Both the position numbers and the translations under genes were made by a program. From positions 88,660,001-88,724,000 of the forward strand of contig OZ024744.1 of assembly GCA_964016885.1 (NCBI GenBank): a DNA stretch of 64,000 nt. The letters run 5' to 3'. Positions 57,114 to 64,000 of the stretch are shown here, in pieces; within the stretch, counting starts at the first letter, position 1; every line of letters begins with the position of its first letter. Source of the DNA: Eledone cirrhosa. Its lineage: Eukaryota. Below the pieces are notes generated by a model that worked only from the letters and a program-made list of their open reading frames with translations, did not search any database and was not told the origin of the DNA.

Positions 57114-57201
57114 ACGATGATCATAATAATGATGATGTGACGTTGATGATGATGATGATGATGATGAAGATGATGATGATGATGATGAAGATGATGATGA
57201 C

Positions 57202-57237
<36 letters not shown>

Positions 57238-58658
57238 GTTGATGGTGATGATGATGAAGATGATGGTGATGATGATGATGTGTAGAAGGGTTCATAGAAA
57301 AAGATACTTAAAGCTAGATGAAGAAAATACTACAAAACATAGTCAGAACCGACGGAGGTCCATTACATAATATTTTCCTTTATGAAGGAGTGAAGGAGAA
57401 TAGATCCTTCAACATTTTTACACCAGCTTATTCCTATGTTTAGTTTATATTCTCATTCTAATTGGTTCTATGTGTAGCCTTACAATTTGTAATGGCGGAA
57501 GAGAAAGTATTGCTAAATGAAATTTAAACGAGAGGAACAAAATTGGAAATATTTCGCAGTACAAAACATTCAGAATCATAAATTCATATGTATAAATGAA
57601 GTAATTCTGTCGGAAAGGTCCAGGAAAAAAGAGTGCTCTATGTAGGTAACAGAGCATAATAGTTATATAATAAACAACATAAGACAATTATTTCATTTAC
57701 CAGTGGTTACTTGAAAGCAAACAAATTTTGCGTTCAATCATCAGAATGAAAAAATCCTGGTGTATTTATTGGCATTGGATTTTAAAAACAAAAATATAAT
57801 CTATATGAAAGTGAGGCTGGAAAGGAAGAAGGAAAGGAAAAATAAACACACATGCACACGCACACACACACAATTATATACATACACATATATACACATA
57901 CACACATATATACACACACACATATACACACACACACATATATATGTGTATATATATACATACACATACATATACACATACATACACACATATATATCAA
58001 CATATCCATACATACACATACATACAAATACACAAACATGCATACACACACACACCCACACACATGCATATATATATATATATATATATATATAAACATA
58101 CATATACCTTCATACACCCACATACATATATATACATATATATATACACACATACATACACATACATGCATATATATATACACACATACATACACATACA
58201 TGCATATATATATACACACATATATACACACGTACATACACACACATACATACACACATATATACACGCATACATACGCATGCACAAATATAGAAATATG
58301 TACACACACCTACATACTCACACACAAATAATTATAAGAAAAAATATAATAATAAAAATACCGTCACATAATAAAAATGAATATAAAAATTATTATAGTG
58401 TTGACAGCGATACAGGCAACAAATAAATGAACAAATACACGTGGTAAGCAATACACACAATTGCACGTACACATACATACGTAAAAATAAATACATTTAC
58501 ACACTCTCACACATACACATACATATACAATTGCATATACACATACATACGCATACACATATATATATACACACACATACATATATATACATATATACAC
58601 ACACATACATATATATATATAATATAAGATCAAAAGATGGTTAAAGGAGTTCCATGTA

Positions 58659-58724
58659 TTTTATTATGCGCATTTCAAAAACAAACATCATCATGCAATA
58701 ATATTTGTGTTTTCATCAGATAAA
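58659..58724 (-). ncRNA. Type I hammerhead ribozyme fold (family B), minus arm
   Basis: Exact reverse complement of 58789-58854. Confidence 0.82.
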
Positions 58725-58787
58725 GTATGTTGATTTAAAACTGCACTATCCACAAGTGTTTTTTAGCCTTCATATCATGTTCTCCTG

Positions 58788-58854
58788 TTTTATCTGATGA
58801 AAACACAAATATTATTGCATGATGATGTTTGTTTTTGAAATGCGCATAATAAAA
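58788..58854 (+). ncRNA. Type I hammerhead ribozyme fold (family B), plus arm
   Basis: ttttat-CTGATGA-aaacacaaatattattgcatgatgatgtttgttttt-GAAA-TGCGCA-TA^ataaaa. Stem I has 6 bp, stem II is long, and stem III is palindromic. Confidence 0.85.
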
Positions 58855-59136
58855 TACATGGAACTCCTTTAACCATCTTTTGATCTTATATTATGTATAC
58901 TCCAGTCCTACAAACTGTAGAGTGCTTCTTATCCGATATCTGCATTGCTTTATTGTACTACAATAAAACTCACCTCCTACATATATATATATATATATAT
59001 ATATACTTACATATACATACATATACATACCACAAACACATACATACAAATACAAACACACACATATGTATGTGTGTAAAACTCATTCTTAGATGTATTC
59101 ATATGAACCTTGTTTAACTCTAAAATATATATATAT

Positions 59137-59179
<43 letters not shown>

Positions 59180-59459
59180 CCTACACACACATATACAAAC
59201 ACATACTTATGCATACATACATACACACACATACATATATATATATAAGAAAAAACATAAATATTATATATATAAAAAAAACATAAATATTGTATATATG
59301 AAAATAAAAAGTTGGGAATACGACAAATAATAAATAAAAAAATAATTAGGAAAGGGTATAAATGTTTATAGCTGATTTAGAGCACTCAACAAGTTCCTGG
59401 AGCAAATGATCAATGAAAATAAACATTAAATCACTGTACGTAATTATATACACACACAC

Positions 59460-59492
<33 letters not shown>

Positions 59493-59750
59493 TATGCATA
59501 TATATACACGCACACAAACACAACCACAGAAATACACACATACATACACATACATACATATACGCATATATATACACACACATAGGAAAAAGTATGACCC
59601 CCACGGCAGAGCTCAAGCCGTTTCTGAGTCTATTATATATATGCACACAAAACCATTATATAAAAATACATATACACGCACAAATATACACACGCCCACA
59701 CACACACATTATATCTATATATACACACATACATACACATATATATATAC

Positions 59751-59793
<43 letters not shown>

Positions 59794-59902
59794 TATACAC
59801 ACACGCACAAATACAACAGAAGCATATAAAATACAATTATATATACATATACATATACAGACAGATAAATATAAACATACATACACACATATACATACAT
59901 AT

Positions 59903-60013
<111 letters not shown>

Positions 60014-60059
60014 CACACATATACGCAACACACACACCCACACACAAAAATAAATATCT

Positions 60060-60540
60060 AAAAATAAAAAAATTGGGTATGTGAAGGGTAAGACAGAAAG
60101 TAGGGGGGAAAATAAGGAAAATAAATGACATAGGAAAAGGTTTAAATATAAGGGGAGATAAGGGAGAAAAAGAATACGAGAGTACAGAAAGTGAATTCAG
60201 ATGTAAAAAACCGTAGTTGATGTAAGGCGTAGAGAGCAGAGGAGTTCAAAGTGGTTGAGTTATCGTATGAATGTCAATCCAGTTACAGATCAGATGTGAT
60301 TTCAGGTGAGGACAACATCTGAAGATCTGAGTTCAGGCTTTCAGTTTTGTAAAATCCTAAATTTTTCAGTGGTACACAAAGAACAATTCTTTGTGCCCCT
60401 TTGGTACTCCCTCGAATGGTCTAAAATAGACCAATGGATAGAGTACGGGATGTTTTTATCCTTGAATTCCCACACCTTACTTGCGAGGGCCGTTGCTGTT
60501 CTTTTATCGGAGTGCTTAAAAGAAGCGACATGTGCATTTA
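60060..60540 (-). mobile_element. Second Penelope-like GIY-YIG endonuclease remnant plus 3' UTR
   Basis: The - strand reads HVASFKHSDKRTATALASKVWEFKDKNIPYSIHWSILDHSREYQRGTKNCSLCTTEKFRIL, which aligns by eye with the 44750-45070 peptide. Confidence 0.78.
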
Positions 60541-60846
60541 TAGTTCTGGTATCTCAAATTAGTACCATCGAACCACAACTATTATAAACACCATGCATAT
60601 TTCTGTAGGTACCTAGTGCCTGTTGGAATATCCATATCATTTTATAATTTTTCTCCTTATATAGAGAACAAAACGTTGTATCGCGCTGCTATTTTTAGCG
60701 GCATGACCAGCAAGTTTATAATAACCCGCTTTTACTTGTGGCCTAATTTTGCGTGTGCGTTACTTCAACGTCTTGACCGCATACGTCGGGCAGTAAGCGA
60801 AATATTGACTTACTATGAAGTTTTGCACCCTTATAGTATGGAAATA

Positions 60847-60926
60847 GCTGTCTGAAGATCTAATTCTTTCCATTGGAAATTCTCTGGGTTTCCAATCTTT
60901 TGATTAGTGAAACCGTCGGTAACAGC
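60847..60926 (+). ncRNA. Type I hammerhead ribozyme fold (family A, diverged copy)
   Basis: gctgt-CTGAAGA-t-ctaat..attag-t-GAAA-CCGTCGG-TA^acagc. Stem II differs from 41940-42020 but still pairs. Confidence 0.82.
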
Positions 60927-61141
60927 AATAGAACAGGTGAATATTTAAATCGTTTTTTAATTTATTTAAAAGATTGTTTGATAATTGCTTGCTCCGCGCA
61001 TTTATATATATATATATATAGTAATAAGAATAATTATATTTATATAAGATATAACTATGAATATGAGGGTAGTACTAAGTACTAGCCGGTTACCGGTATG
61101 ACAAAAGGCTCAATGCAAATGTTCAAGTGTTTTACAGAGCC

Positions 61142-62122
61142 GATATACAAAGTGTTAAAACGATCAAATTTTAGTTTAGAACATTTATTTGCTGACAATT
61201 GTTTCTTCCAGAGGGAAGTCTGGAATCATCGGAGCATAAGGAATGTCGAAACATGTTACTAAAATCCTAGTCATTTAGAACATTTAGGGTACATAATTGT
61301 TGTTAGTGTCATACGCATTATGTGGAGTGTCAGGAGTTAAAATGATGTTCTGCTTGAAAGAACACAATTACAGGCAGCACTGGTTGGAAGTGTAATAGGT
61401 ATACGTAAAAAACACAAGCATAAAAATCACAAGCAAAAAAAAAACACAGGCAAAAAAGTTTTAAGCAAGGAAAATTGGTGTACAATGCAGGAGTCAATAC
61501 AGTCAATAAGGCATGTATGAGGAAAGAGTTATAATGCAGTTGAAATAAACATATTTTGTGTTGGGTGTTAAAGCATGTATAATTGTTATAAATGTTTAAG
61601 ATAGCGTGCAATTTGTTAGAGAGGCATGTGGTGATAATATAGGTATTTGTTATGTAAGGTGTAATGTAAAGCACGTGATAGAGTTGGATATGTGATTTTC
61701 ATTTAGGTGTTTTTGTGTTGTAGTTCGTATGTATGTGTGTATGTTGTTTGTTACTCATAGCTATTAACCATGGGATTATTTAAAGTCGTTTATAGTCAAT
61801 AGGTGGTTGTTTGTTAAATGTAAACTTTTTTGCCTGTGTTTTTTTGCTTGTAATTTTTACTTATACCTATTACACTTTCAACCAGTGCTGCCTGTAATTG
61901 TGTTCTTTCAAGCAGAAGATCTTTTTAACTCCTGACTCTCCACATGATGCCTATGACACTAACAACAAATATGTACCCTAAATGTTCTAAATGTTTAGAA
62001 TTGTAGTAACATGTTTCGACATTCCTTATGTTCCGATGAATTCAGACTTGTCTGTGGAAGAAACAATTGTCAGCAAATAAATATTCTAAACTAAAATTTG
62101 ATAGTTTTAACACTTTGTATCT
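61142..62122. mobile_element. ~1 kb fold-back module with ~310-bp inverted arms, each carrying a CCGATGA hammerhead variant (61190-61236 on -, 62029-62075 on +; family C)
   Basis: The - arm reads tgct-CCGATGA-ttccaga-cttccc-tctggaa-GAAA-CAATTG-TC^agca. Confidence 0.78.
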
Positions 62123-62169
62123 ATATATATATATATATATATTAGTGCTTTGGAAACCATAAGTAGTCA

Positions 62170-62320
62170 CTAATAACAGGGAGCACAACTCTCCTACCCC
62201 GATGTCATCTCCAGGGATTCTGGTATTGAAATCCAGGACTTGGCAACGGCAATGAACGACAGACTCATGTGGAGATCAATTGTTGAGTTATTTCGGCTGT
62301 GGCCACCGGATGATGATGAT
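62170..62320 (+). mobile_element. RTE-like LINE extreme 3' end
   Basis: Reads ..ISRDSGIEIQDLATAMNDRLMWRSIV and ends in a (TGA)n tail. Confidence 0.6.
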
Positions 62321-62326
62321 ATATAT

Positions 62327-62530
62327 ATAGGAAAAGAGTCAGGACCCCGACGCCTGAGCTCCGGCCGTCTCAACAGCTACATCCGAACTATCTGTTCGGA
62401 TCTAACTGTTGAAACGGTGGCGCTCGGTCGTCGGGGTCCTGACACTTTTCATATTACCCACTCTACAACCCTTAGTATTGAGTACTCTAGTACGTTATGG
62501 TCCACCTGGTATCTTACCATATCCTCTTTG
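62327..62530. mobile_element. Diverged fold-back element (family of 30019-30198)
   Basis: ~60-bp imperfect arms around atccgaac/gttcggat. The long-arm tail matches 42360-42443. Confidence 0.72.
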
Positions 62531-62803
62531 TTTTATATTGTTTTATAAAGGTTAAGACACTCTTCCAGCTATATCAAGCGTTAACCTAATATATCCCGTC
62601 CATATACTGTACCGATTGTGTTGTTATTTTTGTTTACCTTTTACATATATATATATATAATATAATATAATATAATGTATAATAAACAATACAATATAAT
62701 TACCTCATTACCAGAGGTTTCCCGAATAAGACGAATCTCTCGTACTTACATAGAGCACTCTTCACTCCTATGACGTTTTCAATTTTCAACGGAAACTTCA
62801 ATA

Positions 62804-62854
<51 letters not shown>

Positions 62855-63165
62855 CTTAACATTTTATAGAAAAGGGTTTCATTGGAACAAGTTTCTCGCA
62901 ATTAATCATTCAATAAAAAAAAATCAATCATGCTTACAGTTCTCTAATTCTCCCAAAACTGAAAAAAAAAAAAACATTGAACTTTTGTAATAACGACGTC
63001 ATGTTTTGAAACAACTGTCATTACAACTCACGCACATTCTGTACTAGTGAACACCAATAGCCGTTTTATAATTGAAATGTCAGCAAAATTCAGTCTGTCG
63101 CATCGAGATGAAAAATAAAGAATATCTCTGTAACCGATTGGCATTTCATTACTTTATATATTTTT

Positions 63166-63207
<42 letters not shown>

Positions 63208-63716
63208 TTGTGTCATTTTTTTTTCCACTATCGAAATCTTTTGAACACCAATAAAGTTACTTTCTTGGATATTTCTATACTTTCTAAGAAGTAATTGTAA
63301 TTTTTCTTTTGTTTGTAGTTGTTGTATTTATCGGTAATTCTTTTCCAATATTTCATCTCAGTATTTTTAGGAAGACAGTTATTATAACTTTTCTTACCAT
63401 CTTATCTTAGTTTCATTAGATAGAAATAAAAAAAATTTATAAAAAAATTTATAAAAAAACTCTAAAGACTTTGCTTTTAGAGTGCTTTCCTATTAATTTA
63501 ATTAGAAAATACTTTTTTCAGAAAAATATTCTTAAGTCATTCGCAAGTAAAATATACCCTCCGTCGAAAAATAATATAATGAATAGAATAAAGTTTTAGA
63601 CTAAACTTTTAACTAAGCTTAAGTCTGAGTATATATATCTATCTATATATATATATACGTATGCATATATATATTTATATATATATATGCATATATTTGT
63701 TTATATATATATATGC

Positions 63717-63749
<33 letters not shown>

Positions 63750-63752
63750 ATG

Positions 63753-63816
<64 letters not shown>

Positions 63817-63825
63817 TACGTATAT

Positions 63826-63900
<75 letters not shown>

Positions 63901-64000
63901 CGTATTTATACATACTTACTTATGTGTGCGTGTGAATGTGTGGTTCATTACATGTGTGTGTGTATGAATGTCTGTCTGTGTATATATCGAAAGTCCTTTA

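Overview
Repeat-dense, AT-rich animal genomic DNA. The SINE and microsatellite content suggests an octopod cephalopod, which is an inference only. There are no intact long host ORFs, and most ORF-track entries are microsatellite or retroelement artefacts. Bases 1-25.4 kb hold decayed non-LTR retrotransposons. Tx1-like (L1 clade) copies lie on + and R4/Dong-like RLE elements lie on -, alternating around shared (ATT)n tracts. The same region has a 4.4-kb 29/31-bp satellite with an 825-bp higher-order repeat, one full-length decayed Tx1, and four candidate phase-1 exons of an unrecognised minus-strand gene. Bases 25.4-64 kb are a (TA)n-rich patchwork of tRNA-SINEs, Helitrons, CRE and RTE fragments and two Penelope-like GIY-YIG remnants. 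The main unexplained structure is a set of about nine sequence-distinct families of short fold-back modules in (TA)n, most carrying a type I hammerhead ribozyme fold found by eye. Several folds are intact, one pair shows stem II covariation, and two families carry recurrent non-canonical cores (CCGAUGA, CAGAAGA). In many modules the inversion breakpoint lies at the ribozyme's 5' edge. All structures were read by eye, and element boundaries are approximate.
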